Below are positions 32,163 to 42,484 of a DNA stretch of 64,000 nt, one piece after another (position 1 is the first letter of the stretch; the number at the start of each line of letters is the position of its first letter). The notes under the pieces are model-generated. The model saw nothing but the letters and a program-made list of their open reading frames with translations, ran no database searches and was not told the DNA's origin. The stretch is taken from contig JAGVGD010000175.1 in the NCBI GenBank assembly GCA_020057245.1, forward strand, positions 10,353 through 74,352. The letters run 5' to 3'. The translations under genes were made by a program, and so were the position numbers. This stretch comes from Thiobacillus sp. (GTDB lineage Bacteria > Pseudomonadota > Gammaproteobacteria > Burkholderiales > Thiobacillaceae).

Positions 32163-34697
32163 ATGAAGAAGCACAATGCAAGGGAGGGGCTGGCGAAGCA
32201 AACCAGTGCCCACAACACGCGCGTCAAGGCGTTGTGCGCGGTAATGGGGCTTGCATCGGCGAGCCTGATTACTGCGTCAGCATTCGCCGGACATGACGGC
32301 GACGGAGAACGCTACGGCGCCCGCGAGCTTACGCTGATCCACACCGGTGACTTCCACGGCCATTTGACGCAGCGCCCCAACCTGCGCACCACGGTGGACT
32401 ACCCTGGCCAGATGGTCGGCGGCCTGGCGCGTGTCGCAACAAAAATCAAGCAGATCAAGGCCCGCAAGGGTGACAACAAAACGCTGGTCATGCACACCGG
32501 CGACACCATTCAGGGATCGGGCGAAGCGTTATACACGCGCGGACAGGCATTGGTCGACGTCGTCGACATGCTGGGCGTCGACGGCTATGCGCCCGGCAAC
32601 TGGGATTTCGTCTACGGACCCGAGCGTTTCGATGAGTTGTTCGTCGACAAGACCGATCCCGCCCACCCGAAAGCCAAACGCTGGGGCGGCCTCATTTCGA
32701 ACGTGTACCGGACAAGTACCGACCCCGCCGCGCCCGCGCGTCCGACGGCCATGGGCTCGGCACAGGACTCCAATGTCTCCGCTGCCGAGTATGACGCCTA
32801 CGCTAACTGGTACCGGGACAACGGCCAGCGCATATTGCCCCCGTATACGCTGAAGAAAGTCAACGGCGTGAAGATCGGCATCATCGGTTGCACCACCAGC
32901 CGCGGCCCGCAAGTGGTCGGTAGCTGGGTGACAGAGGGCCTGGAGTTCACGGACTGCTCGCGTGAAGTGCCGAAATTCGCCGCAGAAGTGCGCGCGCTCG
33001 GGGCGGAGGTGGTCGTGCTGATGTCCGAAATCGAGATCGCACGCAACATCCAGATCATCAAGAGCCTGGGTGATAACCAGCACGTCGATGTGGTGCTCAA
33101 CTCGGACATGCACGAAGAAGTACAGGAGCCGATCAAAGTCACCGACGGCGCAGGCAAGGAGACCTGGATCATCGAGTCCGGCCAGGACGGGACCCTGGTC
33201 GGTGAGGTGACACTGTCGGTGCATGACGGCCAGGTTACCGGCATGGAACACACGGCGCATCGCATCGACGACCGCATCAAGGAGGACAAGAAGGTGGCCA
33301 GGAAGGTGGCGCAGGTCAGCTATCCTTTCAACGACGGTTTTACGCCCAGCACCCACGTCAACCCGTTCAACGGCACCTACTTGAACGGTCCGTTGAGCGA
33401 GGTCGTGGGCCAAACCGATGTTGCCTTGCATCGCAGCAACTACTCGCATGAAGACATGCCGGCAGTTGTCGAAGGTAGTTCGCATGACCTCATCACCGAT
33501 GCGATCCGCTGGTGGGCCAAGTCCGACCTGGCCACCCTGCGCGGTTTCCGCTACGGCACGCACGTCGCGCCCGGCCCGATCACGCGCAACGACCTGTTCC
33601 ATTTCGCGCCCATCGGTCCGCGCGTGGCGAAAGCGTCGCGTGTCACGGCAAACCAGCTGCGTAACCAGATCGACAACTCGTCGCTCGCGGTGTTCAGCAG
33701 CGACCCGAACACCCCGGTCATCGTGCAGCCACGCTACAACAACGGCTATGGCATCCCCGGAGATGCCCTTTATGGCACGTCGCCGGGCGCTGGCTTGCCG
33801 GCTTACGGGCTGGCGGGTAGTCCGTCAGGCTGGGGCGGTGGCTGGTTGTTCGCATACAGTGGCGAGGGCTTTCATTTCGACTTCGCGCCCTACTTTGTAC
33901 CGGACGTCGTGTACAACACGGACAACACCCTATCGGCTGCGCCTCTGACCAACACGTCGCGTGCCCGCTCGTTGACGATCAAGACGGTGTGCAAGTATCT
34001 GCCGCCCATGGAACAGGCAGCCGCAGCCTGTGACGTGAACGATCAGCAAACGCGCTTTGCCACGACGCTGACCGACAGCACGAATGGCGTGTGGACGCCC
34101 AGCTGGGCGAACACCTATGTCAGCCAGGGCTCGACGGCAAAGAACGTTTATCTGCTGAACCCGGATGGCTGGCAATTCCTGCAAGGCCTGCCGAACCAGC
34201 CGAACGTCGCGAATGCCGCGGCACGTCCGTTCCAGTACCCGGCTTTCACGGTGGCGGGTTACTTCTATGGGCAGAGCCCCGAAACCATCAACAACTGCAA
34301 CAACTGCGCACCGATCGGTACGTCCACCGTCATTGGCGATCCCGAAGCCGCATATTTGTTGCCCGTGAACGTTGATGCCAATGGGAATGCCGCGCTGGAT
34401 GCCAATGGCAACCCGATCTACGTGCGTGACGCCAACGGCAATGTCATCATGGAAAACGGCAAGCCCAAGATCGAGGGTATACCGGTCGACTTGACGACGA
34501 TCATCGAGAAGTACCTGGCACACCTCGGTACGGTGAACGCGGACAACCTTCCGCTGAACCGCATCGGCTTGGTGAACAACGACGGCACCGGCCCCATCTC
34601 GCTGCCCGACTTCACCAGCACGCTGGGCTTCTCGGTCATGCAACCGCTGTGCGGCACGATCGGCCAGGACGCTACGACGTCGTTGATTTGCCCGTAA
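32163..34697 (+). CDS. Secreted SoxB-like / 5'-nucleotidase-family metallophosphoesterase with extended C-terminus
   Basis: Signal peptide (AFA), HTGDFHG, GGLAR, GDTIQGS, PGNWDF, SDMHE, GFRYG; GGAGG RBS. Confidence 0.8.
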   Translation: MKKHNAREGLAKQTSAHNTRVKALCAVMGLASASLITASAFAGHDGDGERYGARELTLIHTGDFHGHLTQRPNLRTTVDYPGQMVGGLARVATKIKQIKARKGDNKTLVMHTGDTIQGSGEALYTRGQALVDVVDMLGVDGYAPGNWDFVYGPERFDELFVDKTDPAHPKAKRWGGLISNVYRTSTDPAAPARPTAMGSAQDSNVSAAEYDAYANWYRDNGQRILPPYTLKKVNGVKIGIIGCTTSRGPQVVGSWVTEGLEFTDCSREVPKFAAEVRALGAEVVVLMSEIEIARNIQIIKSLGDNQHVDVVLNSDMHEEVQEPIKVTDGAGKETWIIESGQDGTLVGEVTLSVHDGQVTGMEHTAHRIDDRIKEDKKVARKVAQVSYPFNDGFTPSTHVNPFNGTYLNGPLSEVVGQTDVALHRSNYSHEDMPAVVEGSSHDLITDAIRWWAKSDLATLRGFRYGTHVAPGPITRNDLFHFAPIGPRVAKASRVTANQLRNQIDNSSLAVFSSDPNTPVIVQPRYNNGYGIPGDALYGTSPGAGLPAYGLAGSPSGWGGGWLFAYSGEGFHFDFAPYFVPDVVYNTDNTLSAAPLTNTSRARSLTIKTVCKYLPPMEQAAAACDVNDQQTRFATTLTDSTNGVWTPSWANTYVSQGSTAKNVYLLNPDGWQFLQGLPNQPNVANAAARPFQYPAFTVAGYFYGQSPETINNCNNCAPIGTSTVIGDPEAAYLLPVNVDANGNAALDANGNPIYVRDANGNVIMENGKPKIEGIPVDLTTIIEKYLAHLGTVNADNLPLNRIGLVNNDGTGPISLPDFTSTLGFSVMQPLCGTIGQDATTSLICP

Positions 34698-34735
34698 GCC
34701 AGCCGTCAACAACACTCGGTTGCAATCCTCAAACC

Positions 34736-34759
34736 GCCCGGCGAAAGCCGGGCTTTTTT
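34736..34759 (+). terminator. Intrinsic terminator after the SoxB-like gene
   Basis: GCCCGGC-GAAA-GCCGGGC-T6. Confidence 0.88.
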
Positions 34760-34945
34760 ATGTGTCCCGGGCGTTCAGGTTGGCGGCCAAACACGTCGTC
34801 CTCCTGCCACACCATCGAACCGCCCCACGTACGACTTGCCCTTGTAATCAAAGCCAGTTAACGTTTGACCAGCCGGTGCTTACGTTTCATCATCAGTACA
34901 GCACCCCATCAAGCAACCTGAAAACCACGCCTCATTTGCCCCTCC

Positions 34946-35914
34946 ATGCCCCGCTCTTCCGACACCCTTGCGGACAGCATCAGCCGCCAGCGCGAAGCGC
35001 TTAAAACCCTGCTGCGCGAACCCCTGGCGCAAGCCGCCCAGGCATGCAGCCAGGTCTGGGGCGACCGCGAGCGCCTGAATACCGCTCTCACCCAGGCATG
35101 GGCACAATTTCCCATCGGCAAATACCTGTATGCCATGGACACCCGGGCCATCCAGATCAGCGACACCATTAGCCGCGACGGCACCGTGGCGGTCGACCTC
35201 GGGCGCAACCGCGCCGACCGCCCCTACATGAACGAGCGCGTTCCCAGCGCAGGCTTTCTGCTGTCGCAGGCCTACATCAGCCAGCGTGCCAAACGCCCCT
35301 CGCTCACCGCCATCCAGATCGTGCGCGACGCAGACGGCCGCGTGCTCGGGTTTGTCGGCGCCGACTTCGACCTGCGCAACCTGCCACTAACCAACAAGCT
35401 CTACGACGAACCCACCCACTGGCGGCAAATCAAGGGCGATCCGGCCATCCGCGGCACCGTATTCCACCAGACCCGCAGCGACAGCCAGATGGACATCCAT
35501 CTCGACACCGTGCTGGGCGTACTCGAAGAACTGATGACCGAACGCGGCGTGTTCCACGTCATCCTGCATTTTTCCAGCAGCCGCGCCGTCATCTGGCTGT
35601 TCGACGACCCCTACCGCTATCGCCTGCTCGACATCGATGCGCTGACCGATCCCAACACCTGCCTCGCCTATCCCAAACGCAGCTATCCCGCCGACGCCCT
35701 GATACCGCGCGACCAGATCCGCGCCGTGCTTAAAGGCCTGCGCGAACTGCGCTTCATGGACGAAATGTTCTACCTGCGTAGCGGCACCCTCAACATTTTC
35801 AACGGCGTTGTCGGCCTGACTTTCTCGTGCGACGGCTCGCACTATCTGCCGTGGGACGAGTTCCTCGGCAAAGGCTACGATTTCTGGGCCAGCGACAAGG
35901 CTATCGGCAGGTAA
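34946..35914 (+). CDS. Stand-alone Cache/PDC-like sensor-domain protein with uncharacterised C-terminal domain
   Basis: YLYAMD..IQIS, GRNRADRPYM, LSQAYIS..RPSLTA..GFVGADF Cache-like pattern; no TM or signal peptide. Confidence 0.7.
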   Translation: MPRSSDTLADSISRQREALKTLLREPLAQAAQACSQVWGDRERLNTALTQAWAQFPIGKYLYAMDTRAIQISDTISRDGTVAVDLGRNRADRPYMNERVPSAGFLLSQAYISQRAKRPSLTAIQIVRDADGRVLGFVGADFDLRNLPLTNKLYDEPTHWRQIKGDPAIRGTVFHQTRSDSQMDIHLDTVLGVLEELMTERGVFHVILHFSSSRAVIWLFDDPYRYRLLDIDALTDPNTCLAYPKRSYPADALIPRDQIRAVLKGLRELRFMDEMFYLRSGTLNIFNGVVGLTFSCDGSHYLPWDEFLGKGYDFWASDKAIGR

Positions 35915-36058
35915 GCCAGGCAGCGCTGCCCCTCCCATTCGAAATACCGGAAATCAAGCCGTTTACCCCATCGCCCCGCCTCAATCACGTTGCACGATCA
36001 GGGTTGAACCGCAGCGCCACATCAGCGGATAATGCGCCATTCCCCCGGATCGCCTGTT

Positions 36059-36634
36059 TTGGAAACCTACCTCCTCATCCTTATTTCCACGGTGTTTGTG
36101 AACAACATCGTGATGGCCAAGATTCTGGGGCTCTGCCCCTTCATGGGCGTGTCGAAAAAGCTTGAAACGGCGATCGGCATGGGCCTGGCGACGACCTTCG
36201 TGCTGACGCTGGCCTCCGGCGCCAGCTATCTTGTCAGCGAATACCTGCTCGGCACTGATCTGCTCTATCTGCGCACGCTGTCCTTCATCGTGGTGATTGC
36301 CGGGATCGTGCAGTTCACCGAAATGTTCATCCATAAATCCAGCCCGGTGCTGTATCAGGTGCTGGGCATTTACCTGCCGCTGATCACCACCAATTGCGCG
36401 GTGCTGGGGATTCCGTTGCTGAACGCGCAGGAACAGCACGGATTCGTCGAATCGCTGTTTTTTGGCGCGGGCGGGGCCATCGGCTTCACGCTGGTGCTGA
36501 TCCTGTTCGCCGGCATCCGTGAACGGCTGGAGACCTGCGATGTGCCCGCGCCGTTCAAGGGCACCAGTATCGCGATGATTACCGCCGGGCTGATGTCGCT
36601 GGCCTTCATGGGCTTTTCCGGGCTGGTCAAGTAA
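36059..36634 (+). CDS. rsxA: Rnf/Rsx complex subunit A (TTG start probable; ORF track start 36032)
   Basis: [28 protein letters not shown]. Confidence 0.95.
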   Translation: METYLLILISTVFVNNIVMAKILGLCPFMGVSKKLETAIGMGLATTFVLTLASGASYLVSEYLLGTDLLYLRTLSFIVVIAGIVQFTEMFIHKSSPVLYQVLGIYLPLITTNCAVLGIPLLNAQEQHGFVESLFFGAGGAIGFTLVLILFAGIRERLETCDVPAPFKGTSIAMITAGLMSLAFMGFSGLVK

Positions 36635-37200
36635 TGCTCACTGCGATTCTGGTGATGGTCGGCATCGCGGTCGTGATCGGGCTGGTGCTCGGCTGGTCGG
36701 CAATCCGCTTCAAGGTGGAAGGCAACCCGCTGGCGGAAAAAATCGATGCCATCCTGCCGCAGACGCAATGCGGCCAGTGCGGCTTTCCCGGCTGCAGGCC
36801 TTATGCCGAAGCGATCGCCAAGGGCGAAGCCGACATCAACCAGTGCCCGCCCGGCGGCGAGGAAGGCGTCAAGAAACTGGCAGACCTGCTGGGCGTCGAA
36901 CCCAAATCGCTGGACGAAACCCACGGCACGCCCAAACCCAAATCGGTGGCCTTCATCGACGAACAAACCTGCATCGGCTGCACACTGTGCATTCAGGCCT
37001 GCCCGGTCGATGCCATCGCCGGCGCGGCCAAGCAGATGCATACCATCATCGCGGCGGAATGCACCGGCTGCGAATTATGCCTGCCGCCCTGCCCGGTCGA
37101 CTGCATCTCGATGGTGCCGATCGCCGAAGACTTGCCGCACTGGAAGTGGAAGCATCCGGTGATAGAAATAAAGCCCGTTGAACTGAAGCGCGTCGCATGA
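36634..37200 (+). CDS. rsxB: Rnf/Rsx complex subunit B
   Basis: [18 protein letters not shown]; two CxxCxxCxxxCP motifs. Confidence 0.96.
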   Translation: MLTAILVMVGIAVVIGLVLGWSAIRFKVEGNPLAEKIDAILPQTQCGQCGFPGCRPYAEAIAKGEADINQCPPGGEEGVKKLADLLGVEPKSLDETHGTPKPKSVAFIDEQTCIGCTLCIQACPVDAIAGAAKQMHTIIAAECTGCELCLPPCPVDCISMVPIAEDLPHWKWKHPVIEIKPVELKRVA

Positions 37201-38870
37201 GCCGCGAACTGTTCAAATTCAAGGGCGGCATCCACCCGCCCGGGCACAAGGCGGAATCCACCGGCCGGCTGGTCCACCCTGCGCCGCTGCCCAAAAAGCT
37301 GGTCATCCCGCTGCGCCAGCACATTGGCAACCCGGCCCGGCCCGTAGTCAATGTGGGCGAACGGGTGCTGAAAGGCCAGCTGATCGCGGCGGCCGACGGC
37401 GCCATTTCGGCAGCCGTGCACGCCTCCAGCTCGGGCATCGTCAGCGCAATCGGCCCGGCATGCGTACCGCACATTTCCGGTCTGCCAGATGAATGCATCA
37501 CGATCGAAACCGACGGCCGCGACGAGTGGATCGCCCACGGCCCGCTCGATTACCAGGCGCTGGCGCCTGCCGACCTGCTCGCCCGCTTGCGCGACATGGG
37601 GCTGGCCGGACTGGGCGGCGCAGTGTTTCCCAGTGCCGTCAAGCTCGATCCCGGTGCCGCACTGGTCTGTCCCACGCTCATCATCAACGGCGGCGAATGC
37701 GAACCGTGGATCACCTGCGACGACATGCTGATGCGCACACAGGCGGACGCCATCCTGCAGGGCGTGGCGATCATGCGCCATCTGCTCGGCAGCAGCGAGA
37801 TACTGATCGGTATCGAAGACAACAAGCCGGAGGCCATTGCGGCCATGCAGGCGGCGGCTGCAAAGCTTGATTTCGCCGTCGAAACCGTCAGCCTGCCGAC
37901 GCGCTACCCCGGCGGCGGCGCCAAGCAGATGATCGAGACGCTCACTGGCAAACAGGTGCCGTCGGGCAAACTGTCCACCGACATCGGCATCCAGGTCTTC
38001 AACGTCGGCACCGCCCACGCCCTGGCGCGCGCCGTGCACCACGGCGAGCCTTTGATCTCGCGTCTGGTCACGGTGACCGGCCATGTGCTGCGTGCGCAGA
38101 ATGTCGAAGTCCTGATCGGCACGCCGTTCGACACGCTGATCCAGCTGGCCGGCGACCGCGACGGTACAACGGGGGTTCTGATGGGCGGCCCGATGATGGG
38201 TTTGCCGATCCCCGATACGAGCGTGCCGGTGGTCAAGGCCACCAACTGCATCCTGGTCAAATCCGCCGAACTGTTTCCGCCGCCGCCGAAGGCGCTGCCC
38301 TGCATCCGCTGCACCCGCTGCGCCGATGCGTGTCCGGCCGAGCTGCAGCCGCAGGAATTGTTCCGCTTCGCCAAATCGGATGATTTTGGCCGCGCACAGG
38401 AATACCACCTGTTCGACTGCATCGAATGCGGCTGCTGCAGCTATGTCTGTCCCAGCCACATCCCGCTGGTCGATTTCTACCGCTACGCCAAAAGCGAAAT
38501 CTGGGCGCGCGAACGCGACAAGCGCGCGGCCGACCTGGCGCGCGAACGCCACGAATTCCGCCTGTTCCGTCAGGAACGCGAAAAAACGGAAAAGGCCGAG
38601 AAGCTTGCCGCCAAGGCGCAGGCCAAGCGCGCGGAGCTCGCCGCCGCACCGACCGACGCCAGCAGCAGCGGGGCCAGCGAGGCCGATGCCAAGAAGGCCC
38701 TGATCGCCGCCGCACTGGCCCGCGCACAGGCAAAAAAAGCCGAGACCACGCCGCAAAACACCGACAATCTGTCGCCCGACACCCAGCATGAGATCGCGGA
38801 GATCGAAGCGCGCCGGGCTAAAATTCGCGAGCAGGCGAGAAAGCCGCTGGAATCCGAAGAGACCCCCTGA
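37197..38870 (+). CDS. rsxC: Rnf/Rsx complex subunit C
   Basis: [35 protein letters not shown]; AAALARA tail. Confidence 0.96.
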   Translation: MSRELFKFKGGIHPPGHKAESTGRLVHPAPLPKKLVIPLRQHIGNPARPVVNVGERVLKGQLIAAADGAISAAVHASSSGIVSAIGPACVPHISGLPDECITIETDGRDEWIAHGPLDYQALAPADLLARLRDMGLAGLGGAVFPSAVKLDPGAALVCPTLIINGGECEPWITCDDMLMRTQADAILQGVAIMRHLLGSSEILIGIEDNKPEAIAAMQAAAAKLDFAVETVSLPTRYPGGGAKQMIETLTGKQVPSGKLSTDIGIQVFNVGTAHALARAVHHGEPLISRLVTVTGHVLRAQNVEVLIGTPFDTLIQLAGDRDGTTGVLMGGPMMGLPIPDTSVPVVKATNCILVKSAELFPPPPKALPCIRCTRCADACPAELQPQELFRFAKSDDFGRAQEYHLFDCIECGCCSYVCPSHIPLVDFYRYAKSEIWARERDKRAADLARERHEFRLFRQEREKTEKAEKLAAKAQAKRAELAAAPTDASSSGASEADAKKALIAAALARAQAKKAETTPQNTDNLSPDTQHEIAEIEARRAKIREQARKPLESEETP

Positions 38871-39913
38871 TGCCCTCCCCCTTCATCATCGACCGCAGCA
38901 GCGTGACCCAGATCATGGCGTGGGTGCTGGTGGCCCTGCTGCCCGGCATTGCGGTGTATGTCTGGCTGTTCGGTCCCGGCATCCTCATCACGTTGTCGCT
39001 CGCCACGGTCACCGCGCTGGTGGCCGAGGCGGCGATGCTGAAAGCGCGCGGCTATCCGGCCAAACCTTTCCTGGCCGACCTGTCGGCCATCGTCACCGCC
39101 TGGCTGCTGGCGCTGTGCCTGCCCTCGCTGGCGCCGTGGTGGCTGATCATCACCGGCACCCTGTTCGCCATCGTGGTCGCCAAGCATTTGTACGGCGGGC
39201 TCGGGCAAAACATTTTCAACCCGGCGATGGTCGGCTACGCCGTACTGATCGTGTCGTTCCCGGTCCAGATGACGCAATGGGCGGGACCGCTCGAATTGAC
39301 CCTGATCGAGCCCGGCGCCGTACAGCTTTCCCTGGCACAAAGCGCCGCCGTCATTTTCGGCGGCGATCTACCCAAGGCCACGCTCGACGCCATCACCATG
39401 GCCACGCCGCTGGATGTACTGCGAACCGGCCTGCACCAGCAGCTGACGGTTGACGAAGTGATGACGCAGCCGATTTTTGGCCACTACGGCGGCATCGGTT
39501 TCGAGTGGCTGGCAGCGGCCTTTCTGCTGGGCGGTCTGCTGCTGTGGGCCTTGCGCATCATCAGCTGGCAAGTGCCGCTGGCGTTTCTGGCCGGCATCTG
39601 GCTCACCGCCGGCTTCCTGCATTTCTTTGATGCCGGCCGCTTCGGCGCACCGTGGTTTCACCTGTTTTCACCCTCGGTCATGCTGTGCGCCTTTTTCATT
39701 GCCACCGATCCGGTGTCGGGCGCAACCACGCCGCGCGGCAAGCTGGTATTCGGCCTGGGCGCCGGTTTTCTCACCATGGTCATCCGGACCTGGGGCGGCT
39801 TCCCGGACGGCGTGGCCTTTGCAATCCTGCTGATGAATCTGTGCGTGCCACTGATCGACCAGTACACCCAGCCGAAAATCTACGGCGCGGCGCGCAAGGA
39901 GCCGCGCGCATGA
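38870..39913 (+). CDS. rsxD: Rnf/Rsx complex subunit D
   Basis: KHLYGGLGQNIFNPAM, FMN-Thr motif TMATPL, FFIATDPVS. Confidence 0.96.
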   Translation: MPSPFIIDRSSVTQIMAWVLVALLPGIAVYVWLFGPGILITLSLATVTALVAEAAMLKARGYPAKPFLADLSAIVTAWLLALCLPSLAPWWLIITGTLFAIVVAKHLYGGLGQNIFNPAMVGYAVLIVSFPVQMTQWAGPLELTLIEPGAVQLSLAQSAAVIFGGDLPKATLDAITMATPLDVLRTGLHQQLTVDEVMTQPIFGHYGGIGFEWLAAAFLLGGLLLWALRIISWQVPLAFLAGIWLTAGFLHFFDAGRFGAPWFHLFSPSVMLCAFFIATDPVSGATTPRGKLVFGLGAGFLTMVIRTWGGFPDGVAFAILLMNLCVPLIDQYTQPKIYGAARKEPRA

Positions 39914-40557
39914 GCACCCCGGTAGCCAGCCGCAACGCACTGCGCACCGGCATCATCCTGCTGCTATTTGCCTTCGTCGGCACCGCCATACTGGCGTTCA
40001 CCCACCAGTCCACCGAACCCACCATCGCGCGCAGCCAGCAGGCCGAGAAACTCACGCTGCTGAGCCAGGTTCTGCCCGCCACGCTGTATGACAACAACCT
40101 GCTGGGCAGCCAAAAAAAAGTACCGCCCGACGATCTGCTGGGCACCCGGCAGGATTCCGTGCTATGGCTGGCGCAACGCAACGGCCAGTTCAGCGGCGTG
40201 GTCCTGGAAGCCATCGCCCCGGACGGCTACAGCGGCAATATCGCGCTGCTGATCGGCATCGACGCCAGCGGCACGGTCACCGGTGTGCGCGTTACCAGCC
40301 ACCGCGAAACGCCGGGGCTGGGCGATTACATCGAACGGGTCAAAAGCGCGTGGATCGACCAGTTCGCCGGTAAATCGCTCACCCAACCGCCACCCAAACA
40401 CTGGAAAGTCGTCAAGGATGGCGGCACATTCGACAGCCGCGCCGGCGCCACCATCACGCCGCGCGCCGTGGTCAGGGCGGTCAGGAATGCGCTCGAATAC
40501 TTTTCCAGGCACCGCGCCGAATTCAATGAGCCACTCGCCAAGGAGCCTTCAACATGA
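39910..40557 (+). CDS. rsxG: Rnf/Rsx complex subunit G
   Basis: [25 protein letters not shown]; ATGA overlap with rsxD. Confidence 0.95.
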   Translation: MSTPVASRNALRTGIILLLFAFVGTAILAFTHQSTEPTIARSQQAEKLTLLSQVLPATLYDNNLLGSQKKVPPDDLLGTRQDSVLWLAQRNGQFSGVVLEAIAPDGYSGNIALLIGIDASGTVTGVRVTSHRETPGLGDYIERVKSAWIDQFAGKSLTQPPPKHWKVVKDGGTFDSRAGATITPRAVVRAVRNALEYFSRHRAEFNEPLAKEPST

Positions 40558-41231
40558 TTTCAATGTCCGAATTCCGCAGCCTGTTCCACAACGGCCTCAT
40601 CAAACAGAACACCGGTCTGGTGCAACTGCTCGGTCTATGCCCCTTGCTGGCCATCAGCAACAACGTGGTCAACGCCTTGTCTCTGGGCCTTGCGACCATA
40701 CTGGTGATGGCGGCATCCAGCGGCGCGGTTTCTTCCGTGCGCCATTTCGTGCCGAGTGAAATTCGCATCCCGGTATTCGTGCTGATCATCGCCGCACTGG
40801 TCACCGTGATCGATCTGGCGATGAACGCCTACGTCCACCCGCTGTATCTGGTGCTGGGGATTTTCATTCCGCTCATCACCACCAACTGCATCGTGCTGGC
40901 GCGTGCCGACGCCTTTGCCTCCAAAAACCACCCCCTGCACAGCGTGATTGATGCGCTGGCGATGGGGCTGGGGCTGACACTGGTGCTGGTGGTGCTGGGC
41001 GGGATCCGCGAAATCATCGGTCAAGGCACGCTGTTTTCCGGCATCGACCTCGTCTTCGGCGAATCTGCCAAAGCCTTCATCCTGCACGTGCTGCCGAACT
41101 ATCAGGGATTTCTGCTGGCCATTCTGCCACCCGGCGCATTCATCGCGCTGGGCCTGCTGATCGCGGCAAACAACGTCTACAAGGCGCGCAGCGCGCAACG
41201 GGCACGGGCTGCCGTGCCCGTTGCTGCGTGA
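40554..41231 (+). CDS. rsxE: Rnf/Rsx complex subunit E
   Basis: [33 protein letters not shown]. Confidence 0.95.
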   Translation: MISMSEFRSLFHNGLIKQNTGLVQLLGLCPLLAISNNVVNALSLGLATILVMAASSGAVSSVRHFVPSEIRIPVFVLIIAALVTVIDLAMNAYVHPLYLVLGIFIPLITTNCIVLARADAFASKNHPLHSVIDALAMGLGLTLVLVVLGGIREIIGQGTLFSGIDLVFGESAKAFILHVLPNYQGFLLAILPPGAFIALGLLIAANNVYKARSAQRARAAVPVAA

Positions 41232-41241
41232 CGCAGGCAAG

Positions 41242-41880
41242 ATGAATCCGGCCAAACGCCACGCGATCTTCAGCCGCCTGCGCGCAGCCAATCCCCATCC
41301 CACCACCGAACTGGAATACAGCACCCCCTTCGAATTGCTGGTGGCGGTGGTGCTGTCGGCACAATCGACGGACAAGGGCGTGAACCTCGCCACGCGCCGG
41401 CTGTTCCCGAAGGCCAACACCCCGGAAGCCATCCATGCCCTGGGCGAAGCCGGGCTGGCGGACGCCATCAAGACCATCGGTCTGTACAAGAGCAAGGCCC
41501 GCCATCTCATCGCCACTTGCCGCATGTTGATCGAACTGCATCACAGCAGCGTGCCGGCCGAGCGTGCCGCACTCGAAGCGTTGCCCGGCGTGGGACGCAA
41601 AACCGCGAACGTCATCCTGAACACGGCATTCGGCCAGCCGACCATGGCGGTCGATACGCACATTTTCCGGGTGGCCAACCGCACCGGTCTGGCGCCCGGA
41701 AAAACGGTGCTGGAGGTGGAAAAGAAACTGCTCAAGACCATTCCGGCCGAATTCCGCATCGATGCCCACCACTGGCTGATCTTGCACGGGCGCTATACCT
41801 GCCAGGCACGCAAGCCGAAATGCGCGGAATGCATCATTGCCGATCTGTGCGAGTTCAAGAGCAAACCCGGCCTGGTTTGA
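41242..41880 (+). CDS. nth: Endonuclease III
   Basis: LSAQSTD, HhH LPGVGRKTANV, VDTH, C-x6-C-x2-C-x5-C. Confidence 0.97.
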   Translation: MNPAKRHAIFSRLRAANPHPTTELEYSTPFELLVAVVLSAQSTDKGVNLATRRLFPKANTPEAIHALGEAGLADAIKTIGLYKSKARHLIATCRMLIELHHSSVPAERAALEALPGVGRKTANVILNTAFGQPTMAVDTHIFRVANRTGLAPGKTVLEVEKKLLKTIPAEFRIDAHHWLILHGRYTCQARKPKCAECIIADLCEFKSKPGLV

Positions 41881-41931
41881 ACCTCGCCGGATTTAATTAA
41901 CATCTAATTCACATCCTGTTTAATCCACATC

Positions 41932-42369
41932 ATGTTTAACCCCAGCCGCGATCAGGTGCGCCAGTTTTTTTTCGGCGTATGGGCAAAATATCGCGCCGGA
42001 CAGCCGCTTGCGGGAGCCGAGCAGCCTGCGCTCGACGCGATCCTCAACCATCCCGAATACCACGCCCATCTCGATCACCCCGAGCGCTATCAGGAACGCG
42101 ATTACCTGCCCGAGTCGGGGGAAACCAACCCGTTTCTGCATTTATCCATGCATCTCGCAATCAGCGAGCAACTGTCGGTCGACCAGCCACCCGGTATCCG
42201 CGCGCGTTACCAGCAGCTGCTCGCGCTGCACGGCGACGCGATGGCCGCCCAGCATGCGGTGATGGAATGTCTGGCAGAGATGATCTGGCAAGTGCAGCGC
42301 CACCAGACTGCGTTTGATTCAGCTTCGTATTTGCATTGCCTGGACCAGCAACTGGGGCAGGCCGAGTAA
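41932..42369 (+). CDS. DUF1841 family protein
   Basis: MFNPSRDQVRQFF, HPEYH, GETNPFLHLSMHLAI.EQ..DQP.GI. Confidence 0.9.
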   Translation: MFNPSRDQVRQFFFGVWAKYRAGQPLAGAEQPALDAILNHPEYHAHLDHPERYQERDYLPESGETNPFLHLSMHLAISEQLSVDQPPGIRARYQQLLALHGDAMAAQHAVMECLAEMIWQVQRHQTAFDSASYLHCLDQQLGQAE

Positions 42370-42484
42370 AACCCGCTTAACCGACCGGCCGGTGAAAGTG
42401 GCCGGTTTTCAGTTTGTCGAAATGTTGTCGATATAACTGGGGTACCCCCCATTTCTAGCCGCATCGCACTTCGCAGACTGATCG

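Noticed and set aside
34294-34308. CNNC in the SoxB-like protein as a heme c site
   Set aside because: Followed by Ala, not His; not CxxCH
36059-42369. rsxABCDGE-nth-DUF1841 as a novel system
   Set aside because: Standard, well-described gene order with intact canonical motifs
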